NCBI RefSeq assembly: GCF_023055435.1
Contig: NW_025963890.1
Span: forward strand, 62,682,001-62,746,000
Length of the DNA stretch: 64,000 bases
Direction of reading: 5' to 3'
Origin: Haliotis rufescens
Taxonomy: Eukaryota
Positions 25,704 through 39,200 of this stretch are shown here, piece by piece. Every line of letters begins with the position of its first letter. Position 1 is the first letter of the stretch. The translations under genes were made by a program, and so were the position numbers. Under the pieces are notes generated by a model. It was not told the origin of the DNA. It ran no database searches and saw only the letters and a program-made list of their open reading frames with translations.

Positions 25704-26229
25704 TGCGTTATCTACATAAGATATCGTGCAACATTGGTGACATTGCATAACTACATTCACACCGATCACACCGCATATAGTTCAACGATCGATTATGAGA
25801 AAAGGTGGATTATAAAAAAAAGATTGTTTTTACAAATAGGGGATATTATTTGATATGGAGGCTGTGTTGTGTAATGTGGTAGTGACAACAAACTACCAGT
25901 GCATACAGTTCTAATATGGATTGCCTCAATGGCGGACGAGATGATCTTTTGGGTTGAGGTGAGCCCGGAGGAATGCTCGATGTCATATGAAGAGGAAAAT
26001 GAGTGCAAATACTTTTACACCGCTTTTATTCAGCAATGTGGCGGCGGGGAACTCAATTAGGGTCAACACATATTGTATGGAAGGATATCCGAGCCTGGAC
26101 TTAGGTAGCGAACCAACGAATTAACCACAAGGCTACCACATAGCCCAGCAGATATCGAAATAGGCCTAGGTCAAAACACGTGTATATCTGCATTATCAGC
26201 ACATCGAGGTTAAAATTTAGGTTTTCAGT

Positions 26230-27000
26230 TTGTCTAAACTAGAAATAAAGGACACCAGTAAGACCGTCTCATATGTTTCATATTTAGATCTATGCATAAA
26301 GATTCAGAGTGACAAACCGCTCTCTACAAGATTGTATGAAAAAAGGGATGACTTTTACTTTCCAAACGTCAACTTACCCTTTAAGTTGAGCACTATTCCT
26401 GCAGCCCAAGCACCTTGTGTCTACATTCAGTAACTTTTGAGGTACATTCGAGCATGCTTTTTTTATCAAGGGGGGCATGGGTGGCGCCGCGATTCGCTGT
26501 GCAGAGTTTGGTCCCTTGGGCACGCCAGAAACTTATGATTGTGGGTTCGAATCCCGGTTCGCCCCGATTATGTTTCTAGGTTTGTCAGCACCATACCCGT
26601 GCTCGTGGGTTTCACCGAAGTGGTAAACGTCTGAGACCTGCATCACTTCGGGCTTTCCCCCCACATTAAGCTGACACGCCGTGATATAACTGAAATACTG
26701 TTAAAAGCGGCGTTAACCCCAACTCACTCACTCACTCACTTTTTACCAAGAGTTCAAAGAGCGTCAAACGACTCTTGTTAAGAGGTTGTCTGGTCAAGGC
26801 TACCAAATTCAAGGCCTCAGTAAAGCTTTCAATATGTTTTCTGGTAGACACGTGGAGGATATGATCCCGTGTTGTTTTCAGGTGAACAAGTGACTCGCCT
26901 TTGCATGTGTTTGTGACGGTGCCACCGGAAGTGCACACATTTTGGCGAACACCTGGTATCATCACTATTTCATAGTGATTCATAAACACATGCTCATGAT
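26230..27000 (+). mobile_element. Penelope-like RT C-terminal relic (also at ~31990-32500, ~38585-39290 and ~49300-49560)
   Basis: LEIKDT...SYLDL...LYEKRDDF.F..VNLPF..STIP motif string typical of Penelope-like RT; interrupted by SINE D. Confidence 0.7.
26470..26740 (+). mobile_element. SINE family D (partial copies at ~32130-32227 and ~38755-39020; older fragments at 46850-47220 and 5777-5882)
   Basis: Matches 53259-53546; TSD tttta(t/c)caag; inserted into a Penelope-like relic. Confidence 0.85.
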
Positions 27001-27230
27001 GTAGTCGGAATCGTACAATCGACACTGCTGTTGGCAGAAAGTTCTTATTAATGTGGAATGTTTTTGTCCCTTTTAATTGCATACAGATTACACGAAACTG
27101 TATTTACTTTACCTGCATAGCTTTCTTATTTTATATATGAATTGCTATACACCAAAGTAATTAGTTTCACTTTCCGAAAATATAAATTAATTCAGTACTT
27201 AATATAGAAGTATGAATAAATCTACTTCCT

Positions 27231-27478
27231 CGACCCGTGAAGATCCAGATTTGAATTGGTCTTGTTTAAAGAGGGGACTGTGGTTATCGTAAGAGGCGAC
27301 TAAAGGAATCGGGTGGTTAGGCTTGCTGACTTTGTTGATGCAAGTCATCGTATCCCAATTGCGTAGATTGATGCTCATGATATCAATCACTGGATTGTCT
27401 GGTCCAGACTCGATGATTTACAGACCGAGATCATATAGCTGGAATATTGCTGAGTGCGGCTTTAAACAACAAACAAAC
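27231..27478 (+). mobile_element. Family C (deleted versions at 32700-32874 and 39495-39670)
   Basis: TSD aaatctact; empty site at ~44385 and ~50237. Confidence 0.85.
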
Positions 27479-28131
27479 AAATCTACTCCATCCTTGATGC
27501 AAAGGTTAACTCACACATACTATGGAAATAAGGATAAATCAACTCTCGTATTTACAATGTGGTTACGCACATGAATGCAACAGACATCGGTAATTATGTT
27601 CGTTAATGCTAATGGTTTATAGTTTCTTGAACTGTAACGAAAGTTGTTCGAATATAAACTGCCGGGATAAAAAAGTGTACACCTGAAAATTGGATTTGAC
27701 AAAAAAATTACAAACGCTATCAAAACGTCACGAGGCTGACAACAGAAGCCGAAACACTGCAAATTTGAGGTCTAAAACACAACTATGACACCCGTATCGA
27801 ATAACAATTTCTTGTTTGTTTCATTTTAGCCACCATCAAACAGAGGTGTGTACTTTATTTTGACCGACAGTTTACATCACCAAGACATTAACGTATGAAT
27901 GAATACTTGTGGATGTTTAGTTATTAATTCATATGCTAGTAAGGTACAAACATCTGTCTCCAAACGCCACATTGAAAGAAAAATTAAGTTGAAATCGACA
28001 TGACAACCATTTATTAACCGGTAATCATAGCAATTAAAGGGATTAAACTGAAAAGTATCAATCACGCAATTTGTCATTGGTTGTCAATGATATTAACTGT
28101 TGCATTCCTGGTAGCCAACAGAAAACAACAT

Positions 28132-29583
28132 TCAGCACCATCCTGGGCTCCAGTTGCCTCCATAGAGATCTGGGTTTGATTTAGGGTCATCTGGTGGTTG
28201 ATAAGCTGGTACTCGCGTCTTCTCCCAGTTCTCAAGGCGTTGTTTCATCATCGCTACAAGCTCAGGGTACTTAGCAGACAGGTCGAAATGTTCAGTTGGG
28301 TCGGAAGAGATATTGAACAACATATATGGACGGAACTGGTACACGTTTTCCTGGGGAGGGTCATCTGATCCCTCACCATAGTGTGGAAGAGGATACCAAT
28401 CACTGTGAGATCCCGGTGAACCTCGCGTCAGTTTCAGGTCTCCATATCTAATTGCTGAGGAGTTGGACTTGTCATAGATGTTGTAGACGAACTCTTTCCT
28501 CTTACTCGGGCCACCATTGATGAGCATGTCGTACTGACTTATCCCGTCCATGTTGGGGTCTGTGTTCTCTCCACCAGCCAGCTCCACAAAGGTCGGGTAC
28601 CAGTCTACAGCATGCATCATTCCAGTGTTGAGGTAGCCCGTCTTCTTCAGAAGGGTTTTACTGTAAATGAATCCAGCTCCTTTCGTTCCACCTTCCCATA
28701 GCGTAGCCTTACATCCACGAAGAGGAAGGTTGTTAGCAGCACCGTGAAAAGGCCCGCCATTGTCAGTCGTAAACACCAGCAGCAAGTTGTCAATGAGTCC
28801 CGTTTCCTCTAAAGCATCCGTGATGTTAGCAACAGCTTCATCAAGAGCACTGATCATACCGCAGTAGGTCCTTCGTGGTAGGTCCTGGATATGTTTGTAC
28901 AAATTCTCATACTCAGGGGGAACTTCCAGAGGTGCATGTACTGCTTGAAACGGCAGATACAAATAAAGCGGCGTGTCCTTATCGTGAGACTTGATGATAT
29001 CAACTGCTCTTTCTGCAAACACGCGCGTTGAATATTTACCCTTCGCTTCTGAATATACGGAAGTATTAAAGCGTAGATCATATCCGGAAAATTTGTCATA
29101 TTCTCTTGTGTGCTTGTAATATTCCTCAGCGCCAGTGTAATACCCAACAAAAGTATCAAACCCACGGTAGGTCGGGGTGTATTTCAAGTTACAGAAGCCT
29201 AAATGCCACTTCCCAACAACATGGGTGCTATATCCTAGTTCCTTTAACTTCTGTGGGAGGAAGGTGAACTTAATGGGAACAAATCCAGGAGAGGTTGGTC
29301 TGATGACGCCGTCCTGTAGTCCAGTGTGGTAGGGGAAGTACCCCGACATGAAGCAGTTTCTGGATGGCGAGCACACGGGCTGGACATAGGAGGAGTTGAG
29401 GATGACTCCAGTTTTGGCCAACTTGTCCAGGTGTGGCGTCAGAACCTGTGGATTACGGAAACCAACATCGTTCCAGCCCAGATCATCCGCAACTATAAAC
29501 ACAATGTGTGGCTTAGCTGCTTGACCTCCATTAAGGTAAACGAAAATGAGAGTAAAAGTCGCAACAAGGAGTGCAGCCTTCAT
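28132..29583 (-). CDS. ARSB: ARS2: arylsulfatase B/I/J-like, single coding exon, 483 aa (501 aa if the in-frame ATG at 29637 is used)
   Basis: All catalytic motifs intact (QPVCSPSR, GKWHLG, VHAP, DNGG, RGCKAT), with signal peptide and C-terminal GGNWSPGWC. AATAAA on the minus strand at 28010-28015. Confidence 0.95.
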   Translation of the reverse strand: MKAALLVATFTLIFVYLNGGQAAKPHIVFIVADDLGWNDVGFRNPQVLTPHLDKLAKTGVILNSSYVQPVCSPSRNCFMSGYFPYHTGLQDGVIRPTSPGFVPIKFTFLPQKLKELGYSTHVVGKWHLGFCNLKYTPTYRGFDTFVGYYTGAEEYYKHTREYDKFSGYDLRFNTSVYSEAKGKYSTRVFAERAVDIIKSHDKDTPLYLYLPFQAVHAPLEVPPEYENLYKHIQDLPRRTYCGMISALDEAVANITDALEETGLIDNLLLVFTTDNGGPFHGAANNLPLRGCKATLWEGGTKGAGFIYSKTLLKKTGYLNTGMMHAVDWYPTFVELAGGENTDPNMDGISQYDMLINGGPSKRKEFVYNIYDKSNSSAIRYGDLKLTRGSPGSHSDWYPLPHYGEGSDDPPQENVYQFRPYMLFNISSDPTEHFDLSAKYPELVAMMKQRLENWEKTRVPAYQPPDDPKSNPDLYGGNWSPGWC

Positions 29584-29637
29584 GGTTGACACTGGTGTAT
29601 TGCTGATCTGGTCTTTTGAAACTGGTGCATTGCGCAT

Positions 29638-32600
29638 CTAGCTTTATCTCCTCGTCTGCACATGTGATGTTACGTGACGTAAGCCGCTAAACGCGTGACA
29701 ATGCTGAGCGATAGTGCTCACATCCGAACCGGGACTACTTATCTATGAATGTGTGGTATGAAAAGTCAAGGACTCCGATAGACAGACATCTCGTCTCTGA
29801 AATAAAAATATTTTGCAGAGAAAAGCAGTTGTTAATTTATCTCAATACAATATAATAAAAAGGAGTCTAAAGACTCTCTTGGGTAACTCCAGTAATCTAG
29901 ACTTGCCAACTATTACAAACCTGCATGAGCTGTATTGGATATATTTGTTTCAGGGTCTGTATGACAGACATACAAATCAATTGATTAAGTCGTTGGTAAG
30001 ATCAGCATGCATACGTTTAATGTCATAATAATAAAATATTCTACGAGACTCAATTCTAGGTATTTGAAACTTAATTGATTTGTCCCCGATATATCTGACC
30101 CCCACGGCGTAGACCGTTAAGCATACAATCAATCACTGATCTGTCTCGACTCGACTCTAATATTTACAGGCTGCCGTCAGATACAGTTGTAGCCGGAATA
30201 TTGGAGGGAGAGGCGTTAACCAACAAACAAACACAATCAACACATATCAATCAGCCCTCATGTCAGTTCAAGCTATCCATGTTACTTCAAACCAAAGTCA
30301 ACTTACTTATGACCATTAGCAGCTGCCTCATCACCCTAGTCAACATGATTATGTACGGTAGGGGACACAGGTGGCCAGGTCTAGGTGTCGCCATATTTGA
30401 TTATTGTCTCTATTGACCTTCTGGTGGTATAGTTTTTCACCATGTTCTGCATGTCATGTACACATATCGCCAATCATTGACTTTCTGGGGCGGTCGGGTA
30501 GCTTAGTGGTTAAAGTGTTCGCTCGTCACGTCGAAGACCCGGGTTCGAATCCCGACATGGGTATAATGTGTGAAGCCCATTTCTGGTCTCCCCCGCCGGG
30601 ATATTGCTGGAATATTGCTAAAAGCGGCGTAAAACCAAACTCACTCACTCACTCATTGACTTTCTGTTTTCAACGGGTTCATCATCCTGCATCATCCTTT
30701 GATGAAACCCGCGAGCACGCGTATGATGCTGACAAACCAAGAAACATTATCAGGGCCAACCGGGATTTGAATCCATGAACCCTGACGCGTCTATGGGATG
30801 CAACTTTGCACAGCCCAAATACGACGACTCAGACGAGTGAACAACCGAATGATATAACTCCTAAGGTTTCATTGTCATTTTGTCCTCATTTCACTTTGAC
30901 ATGTTTGCCACTTTGATGAAACTCGCGAGGGTGGTTATTGTATTGTCAGACCAAGGATCATAAATGCGGTAAACACACGACCAACGACCGCGGATCCTGG
31001 CATGATTAGGTGACGTGGCTCTTTGCGGCGAAAGCAATGATATGACATAGAAAGTAAACAATTTTAATGGCGCCACTTTTCCAAATACGGTTCTATTGCT
31101 TAAGCGCCCCTTAGTCAGATTGTTTTAAAATAGTTAGCTGTTCTTATTCGGACCCACTCAGCGTGTGCGTTATCTGACCGCCTCCGTGGTCTAGTGGTAG
31201 AGCGTCCGCCCTGAGAGCGGAAGGTCCGGGGTTCGATCCCCTGCCGCGTCATACCAAAAGACGTTAAACGATTGGAACTTGTTGTTAAGCGGCTACAAGA
31301 GTGACTGCTTGGCTCGGAGTCAGTAAACTGTGTCTGAGTGGGGTGTTCATGTTAAACTGCGGCATGGCATCTCGGTGAGCTAGCACGATAAATCGGCATC
31401 AGTGCGGACTAGTCCAAGCAGCCACACATACACACACACGCACACACACATTTCACCTCACCTTATGCGTTATCTACATAAGATATCGTGCAACAGTGTA
31501 AGCGTTGCATAACTTCATTCACACCGATCACACCGCATATAGTTCAACGATCGATTATGAGAAAAGATCGAATATAAAAAAGATTGTTTATACAAATAGG
31601 GGACACAATTTGATATGGAGGCTGTGTTGTGTAATGTTGTAGTGACTACAAACTACCAGTGCACACAGTTCTAATATGGATTGCCTCAATGCCGGACGAG
31701 ATGATCTATAGGGTTGAGGTGAGCCCGGAGGAATGCTCGATGTCATATGAAGAAGAAAATGAGTGCACATACTTTTACACCGCTTTTATTCAGCGATGTG
31801 GCGGCGGGGAACTCAAGAAGGGTCAACACATATTGTATGGAAGGATATCCGAGCCTGGACTTAGGTAGCGAACCAACGAATTAACCACAAGGCTACCACA
31901 TAACCCAGCAGATATCGAAATAGGGCTAGGTCAAAACTAGTGTATATCTGCATTATCAGCACATCGAGGTTAAAATTTAGGTTTTCAGATTGTCTAGAAT
32001 AGAAATTAAGGACACCAGTAAGACCGTCTCATATGTTTCATATTTAGATCTATGCATAAAGATTCAGAGTGACAAAACGCTCTCCACAAAACTGTATGAA
32101 AAAAGGGATGACTTTTACTTTCCAAACGTTCACTTCGGGCTTTACTCCCACATTAAGCTGACACACCGTGATATAACTGGAATACTGTTAAAAGCGGCGT
32201 TAAAACCAGCTCACTCACTCACTCACTTTTTACCAAGAGTTCAAAGAGTGCAAAGAGCGCCACGCTCTTGTTAAGATGGTGTCTGGTCCAGGCTACCAAT
32301 CAAGGCCTCAGTAAAGATTTCAAAAATTATGTTTTCTGGTAGACACGTGGAGGATATATTCTCGCGTTGTTTTCAGGTGAACAAGTGACTCGCCTTTGCA
32401 TGTGTTTGTGACGGTGCCACCGGGAGAGTACACATTTTCGCGAACACCTGGAATCATCACTTTTTCACAGTGATTTATAAACACATGCTCATGATGTAGT
32501 CGGAATCGTACAATCGACACTGCTGTTGGCAGAAAGTTCTTATTAATGTGGAATGTTTTTTGTCCCTTTTATTTGCATACAGATAACACGAAACTGTATT

Positions 32601-33358
32601 TACTTTACTTGCATAGCTTTCTTATTTTATATATGAATTGCTATACAACAAAGTAATTAGTTTAACATACTTAATTTTATGAATAAATCTTACTTCCTCA
32701 ACCCGTGAAGATCAAGTATTGAATTTGTCTTGTCTTAAGACCGGACTGTGGTTATCGTAGATTGATGCTCATGATATCAATCACTGGATTGTCTGGTCCA
32801 GTCTCGATTATTTGCAGACCGTGATCAGCTGATCAGACCGTAAAGCTGAGTGCAGCGTTAAACAACAAACAAGCAAATCTACTCCATCCTTGATGCAAAC
32901 GTTAACTCACACATACTGTGGAAATAGATAAATCTCTATCGTCTTTAGGAGCCGAAACACTGCAAACTTGAGGTCTAAAACACAACCATGACACCCGTAT
33001 CAACTATATCACCATCGAATAACCATTTCTTGTTTGTTTCATTTTAGCCACCATCAAACAGAGGTGTGTACTTTATTTTGACCAACATTTTACATCATCA
33101 AGACATTAACGTATGATTGAATGCTTGTGGATGTTTAGTTATTAATTCATATGCTAGTAAGGTACAAACATCTGTCTCCAAGCGCCACATTGAAAGAAAA
33201 ATGAAGTTGAAATCGATAAGGCAGCCATGACAACCAGTTATTAATGGCTAATCATAGCAATCAATGGGATTAAACTGAAAAGTATCGATCACGCATTTTG
33301 TCATTGATTGTCAATGATATTAACTGTTGCGTTCCTGGTAGCCAACAGAATACAACAA
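29638..33358. repeat. Tandem-duplication spacer unit B
   Basis: Colinear with units A and C; private deletions near 32130 and 32945. Confidence 0.9.
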
Positions 33359-33560
33359 TCAGCACCATCCTGGGCTCCAGTTGCCTCCATAGAGATCTGG
33401 GTTTGATTTAGGGTCATCTGGTGGTTGATAAGCTGGTACTCGCGTCTTCTCCCAGTTCTCAAGGCGTTGTTTCATCATCGCTACAAGCTCGGGGTACTTA
33501 GCAGACAGGTCGAAATGTTCAGTTGGGTCGGAAGTGATATTGTACAACATATATGGAGGA
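33359..33560 (-). pseudogene. 3'-only arylsulfatase remnant (last ~66 codons, PPYMLYNIT...SPGWC*)
   Basis: Near-identical to the 3' end of the intact copies and keeps the 3' flank. At 33560 it joins non-coding DNA homologous to 49791 onward. No catalytic domain. Confidence 0.9.
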
Positions 33561-34493
33561 GATGTCTTTATGAATATGTATTGCAAGATGCATAATTTTA
33601 TTTCAGAATAAATTTATTTAGATGTAACTCTATATGAAGCACAGTTACTCTTTTCCGTTAATACAGATAACATGATAAAGGACACCAATGTACTGTATTG
33701 TGATCGTACCACTTTACTTGAAAAGATTTATTATTGTTTAGTTGAATTGCGATACAACAAATCAAGTAGTTTAACAATACGGATCCATAAAGATTATTCA
33801 ACAATTGATATAAAAGTATGAATAAATCTACTCCAGCCCTAATGCAAAGAATAACTTCGACATTACAATGAAAATAAAGATATAAGCTCTCGTCTTTATA
33901 GGTGGCTACTCACATGACTGCAACAGACATGAGTAATTATGTTCGTTAATGCTGATCGTAGATATTTACCGATACTATATCCGTCCTCGCTACATCGAAA
34001 ATTGATCCAATATAAACTGCCGGGATAAATCAAACAAAAGTGTACTCCTGAAAATTGGATTTGAATAAAATTTACAAACGTTATCAAAACGTTACTTATG
34101 TGACAACAGTCCCCGAAACACTGAAGACTTGAGGTCCAAAACACAACCGTATGAAATATACCCCCATCGAATAACCATTTCCTATCTGTTTCATTTTTAG
34201 ACACCATCAAACATGGGCGCGTTTCTTTTGTCCAGCATCAAGACATTAAGGTTTAAATGAAGACTTGTGGATTTCAACTTATTTATTTTTTCAATGCGAC
34301 GTTTAGATACCGGTGATAGTAAGTTTCAAACGTCTGTCTCGAAACGCCACATTGAAAAAATAGAGAAGTTGAAATCGATAAGGCAGCCATAATTTCATTG
34401 ACAATGCTTGTCACTTCATCAACCGTACATTAACGGGTAACAGAACAATCAATGGGATTCAACTGAAAAGTACTAATCACGCACTTTGTCAAT

Positions 34494-34653
34494 GGGGAGG
34501 TTGGGTAGTCTTGTGGGTAAAGCGTTCGCTCGTCACGCCGAAGACCCGGGTTCGTTTCCGCACATGTCTACAATGTGTACAGCCCATTTTTTGGAGTCCT
34601 CCGCCGTGATATTGCAGGAATATTGCTCAAAGTGGCGAAAAACTATACTCACT
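34494..34653 (+). mobile_element. SINE family A, ~65 bp downstream of the ARS3 stop, antisense to the gene
   Basis: Full length, diverged TSD (actttgtcaat/attttgtctct); empty site in the other 3' flanks. Confidence 0.88.
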
Positions 34654-34717
34654 ATTTTGTCTCTGATTGTCAATGAAATTAACCGTAGCGTTTCTGGTAG
34701 CCAACAAAATACAACAT

Positions 34718-36169
34718 TCAGCACCACCCTGGGCTCCAGTTGCCTCCATAGAGAGCTGGGTTTGATTTAGGATCCATTGGTGGTTGATAAGCTGGTACTC
34801 GCGTCTTCTCCCAGTTCTCAAGGCGTTCTTTCATCATCGCTACAAGCTCGGGGTACTTAGCAGACAGGTCGAAATGTTCAGTTGGGTCGGAAGTGATATT
34901 GTACAACATATATGGAGGAAACTTGTCCTTCTTTTCCTGGAAAAGGACATCTGAACGCTCACCAGACTGTGGAAGAGGATTCCAATCATTGTGAGATCCC
35001 GGTGAACCTCGCATCAGTTTCAGGTCTCCATATCTAATTGCTGCAGATTTGGACTTGTCATAGATATTGTAGACGAACTCTTTCCTCTTACTCGGGCCAC
35101 CATTGATGAGCATGTCGTACTGACTGACTCCGTCCATGTTGGGGTCTGTGTTCTCTCCACCAGCCAGCTCCACAAAGGTCGGGTACCAGTCTACAGCATG
35201 CATCATTCCAGTGTTGAGGTAGCCCGTCTTCTTCAGAAGGGTTTTACTGTAGATGAATCCAGCTCCTTTCGTCCCACCTTCCCATAATGTCGCTTTAGCT
35301 CCACGAAGAGGAAGGTTGTTAGAAGCATGCCAATAAGGCCCACCATTGTCAGTCGTAAACACCAGCAGCAAGTTGTCAATGAGTCCCGTTTCCTCTAAAG
35401 CATTCGTGATGTTAGCAACAGCTTCATCAAGAGCACTGATCATACCGCAGTAGGTTCTTCGTTCTTCATTCTGGATATGCTTGTACAAATTCTCATACTC
35501 AGGGGGAACTTGTAGAGGTTCATGTACTGCTTGAAACGGCAGATACAAATAAAGTGGCGTGTCCTTATCGTGAGACTTGATGATATCAACTGCCCTTTCT
35601 GCAAACACGCGCGTTGAATATTTACCCTTTGGTTCCGTATATGCAGAAGTGTTAAAGCGTAGATCATATCCAGAATAATTGTCAAATGTTTTTGTGTGCT
35701 TGTAATAGTCCTCACCACCCATGTAATACCCAACATAGGTATCAAACCCACGGTAGACAGGGGTGTATTTCAAGTTGCAGAAGCCTAAATGCCACTTCCC
35801 AACAGCATGGGTGCTATATCCTAGTCCCTTTAACTTCTGTGGGAGGAAGGTGAACTTGATTGGAACAAATCCAGGAGAAGTTGGACTGATGACGCCGTCC
35901 TGTAGTCCAGTGTGGTAGGGGAAGTACCCCGACATGAAGCAGTTTCTGGATGGCGAGCACACGGGCTGGACATAGGAGGAGTTGAGGATGACTCCAGTTT
36001 TGGCCAACTTGTCCAGGTGTGGCGTCTGAACCTGTGGATTACGGAAACCAACATCGTTCCAGCCCAGATCGTCCGCAACTATAAACACAATGTGTGGCTT
36101 AGCTGCTTGACTTCCATTAAGGTAAACGAAAATAAGAGCAAAAGTCGCAACAAGCCGTGCAGCCCCCAT
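34718..36169 (-). CDS. ARSB: ARS3: arylsulfatase B/I/J-like, single coding exon, 483 aa (501 aa from the in-frame ATG at 36223)
   Basis: Intact ORF with QPVCSPSR, GKWHLG, VHEP, DNGGPYWH and RGAKAT; signal peptide. Confidence 0.95.
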   Translation of the reverse strand: MGAARLVATFALIFVYLNGSQAAKPHIVFIVADDLGWNDVGFRNPQVQTPHLDKLAKTGVILNSSYVQPVCSPSRNCFMSGYFPYHTGLQDGVISPTSPGFVPIKFTFLPQKLKGLGYSTHAVGKWHLGFCNLKYTPVYRGFDTYVGYYMGGEDYYKHTKTFDNYSGYDLRFNTSAYTEPKGKYSTRVFAERAVDIIKSHDKDTPLYLYLPFQAVHEPLQVPPEYENLYKHIQNEERRTYCGMISALDEAVANITNALEETGLIDNLLLVFTTDNGGPYWHASNNLPLRGAKATLWEGGTKGAGFIYSKTLLKKTGYLNTGMMHAVDWYPTFVELAGGENTDPNMDGVSQYDMLINGGPSKRKEFVYNIYDKSKSAAIRYGDLKLMRGSPGSHNDWNPLPQSGERSDVLFQEKKDKFPPYMLYNITSDPTEHFDLSAKYPELVAMMKERLENWEKTRVPAYQPPMDPKSNPALYGGNWSPGWC

Positions 36170-36223
36170 GTTGCAGACTCGTGTAATGCTGATCTGGTCT
36201 ATAGAGACTGGTGCATTGCGCAT

Positions 36224-39200
36224 CTAGCTTTATCGCCTCGTCTGCACATGTGATATTACGTGACGTAAGCCGCTAAACGCGTGACAATGCTAAGCGATAT
36301 TGCTCACATCAGAACCGGGTATCAGGACTACTTATCTATGAATGTGTGGCATGTACAGTCAAGGACTCCGATAGACAGACGTCTCATCTCTGAAATAAAA
36401 ATATTTTGCAGAGAAAAGCAGTTGTTAATTCATCTCAATACAATATAATAAAAAGGAATCTAAAGACTCTCTTCGGAAACTCCAGTAATCTAGACTTGCC
36501 AACTATTACAAACCTGCATGAGCTGTATTGGATATATTTGTTTCAGGGTCTGTATGACAGACATACAAATCAATTGATTAAGTCTTTGGTAAGATTAGCA
36601 TGCATACGTTTAATGTTATAATAATAAAATATTCAACGAGACTCAATTCTAGGTATTTGAAACTTAATTGATTTGTCCCCGATTCGTCTGACCCCCACGG
36701 CTTAGATCGTTATGCATACAATCAATCACTGATCTGTCTCCATTCGACTCTAATATTTACAGGCTGCCGTCAGATACAGTTGTAGCCTGAATATTGGAGA
36801 GAGAGGCGTTAACCAACAAACAAACACAATCAACACATATCAATCAGCTCTCATGTCAGTTCAAGCTATCCATGTTACTTCAAACCATAGTCAACTTACT
36901 TATGACCATTGGCAGCTTCCTCATCACCCTAGTCAACATGATTATGTACGGTAGGGGACACAGGTGGCCAGGTCTAGGTGTCGCCATATTTGATTATTGT
37001 CTCTATTGACCTCCTGGTGGTATAGTTTCTCAATATGTTCTGCGTGTCATGTACAAATATCGTCAATCATTGACTTTCTGGGGCGGTCGGGTAGCCTAGT
37101 GGTTAAAGTGTTCGCTCGTGACGTCGAAGACCCGGGTTCGAATCCCGACATTAGTATAATGTGTGAAGCCCATTTCTGGTCTCCCCCGACGGGATATTGC
37201 TGGAATATTGCTAAAAGCGGCGTAAAACCAAACTCACTCACTCACTCACTCATTGACTTTCTGTTTTCAACGGGTTCATCATCCTGCATCATCCTTTGAT
37301 GAAACCCGCGAGCACGCGTATGATGCTGACAAACCAAGAAACATTATCAGGGCCAACCGGGATTCGAATCCATGAACCCTGACGCGTCTATGGGAGGCAA
37401 CTTTGCACAGCCCAAATACGACGACTCAGACGAGTGAACAACCGAATGATATAACTCCTAAGGTTTTATTGTCATTTTGTCCTCATTTCACTTTGACATG
37501 TTTGCCACTTTGATGAAACTTGCGAGGATGGTTATTGTATTGTCAGACAAAGGATCATAAATGCGGCAAACACACGACCAACGACCGCGGATCCTGGCAT
37601 GATTAGGTGGCGTGGCTCTTTGCGGCGAAAGCAATGATATGACATAGAAAGTAAACAAATTTTAATGGCGCCACTTTTCCAAATGCGGTTCTATTGCTTA
37701 AGCGCCCCTTAGTCAGATTGTTTTAAAATAGTTAGATGTTCTTATTCGGACCCACTCAGCGTGTGCGTTATCTGACCGCCTCCGTGGTCTAGTGGTAGAG
37801 CGTCCGCCCTGAGAGCGGAAGGTCCGGGGTTCGATCCCCTGCCGCGTTATACCAAAAGACGTTAAACGATTGGAACTTATTGTTAAGCGGCTACAAGAGT
37901 GACTGCTTGGCTCGGAGTCAGTATACTGTGTCTGAGTGGGGTATTCATGTTAAACTGCGGCGTGGTATCACAGTGAGCTAGCACAATAAATCGGCATCAG
38001 TCCGGACTAGTCCAAGCAGCCACACATACACACGCACGCACACACACATTTCAGCTCACCTTACGCGTTATCTACATAAGATATCGTGCAACAGTGGTGG
38101 CATTGCATAACTACATTCACCGATCACACCGCATATAGTTCAACGATCGATTATGAGAAAAGACCGAATATCAAAAATGATTGTTTATACAAATAGGGGA
38201 CACTATTTAATATGGAGGCTGTGTTGTGTAATGTGGTAGTGACTACAAACTACCAGTGCATACAGTTCTAATATGGATTGCCTCAATGGCGGACGAGATG
38301 ATCTACGGGGTTGAGGTGAGCCCGGAGGAATGCTCGATGTCATATGAAGAGGAAAATGAGTGCAAATACTTTTACACCGCTTTTATTCAGCGATGTGGCG
38401 GCGGGGAACTCAAGAAGGGTCAACACATATTGTATGGAAGGATATCCGAGCCTGGACTTAGGTACCGAACCAACGAATTAACCACAAGGCTACCACATAG
38501 CCCAGCAGATATCGAAATAGGCCTAGGTCAAAACACGTGTATATCTGCTTTATTAGCACATCGAGGTTAAAATTTAGGTTTTCAGTTTGTCTAAACTAGA
38601 AATAAAGGGCACCAGTAAGACCGTCTCATATATTTCATATTTAGATCTATGCATAAAGATTTAGACAAAATGCTCTCCACAAGACTGTAGGAAAAAAGGG
38701 ATGACTTTTACTTTCCAAACGTCAACTTACCCTTTAAGTTGAGCACTATTACCAGTCGTCTAAGGCGCCGCGATTCGCTGTGCAGAGTTGCGTCCCTTGG
38801 GCACGCCAGAAACCTATGATTGTGGGTTCGAATCCCGGTTCGCCCCGATTATGTTTCTAGGTTTGTCAGCACCATACCCGTGCTCGTGGGCTTCACCGAA
38901 GTGCTAAACGTCTGTGATCTACATCACTTCGGGCTTTACTCCCACATTAAGCTGACACACCGTGATATAACTGGAATACTGTTAAAAGCGGCGTTAAAAC
39001 CAACTCACTCACTCACTCACTTTTTACCAAGAGTTCAAAGAGTGCAAAGAGCGTCAAACTCTTCTTAAGAGGTTGTCTGGTCAAGGCTACCAATCAAGGC
39101 CTCAGTAAAGATTTCAAAAATTATGTTTTCGTGTAGACACGTGGAGGATATATTCTCGCGTTGTTTTCAGGTGAACAAATGACTCGCCTTTGCATGTGTT

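Larger units (their letters stand above)
24067..28131. repeat. Tandem-duplication spacer unit A
   Basis: Colinear and highly similar to 29638-33358 and 36224-40341, including the same SINE insertions with the same TSDs. Confidence 0.9.
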
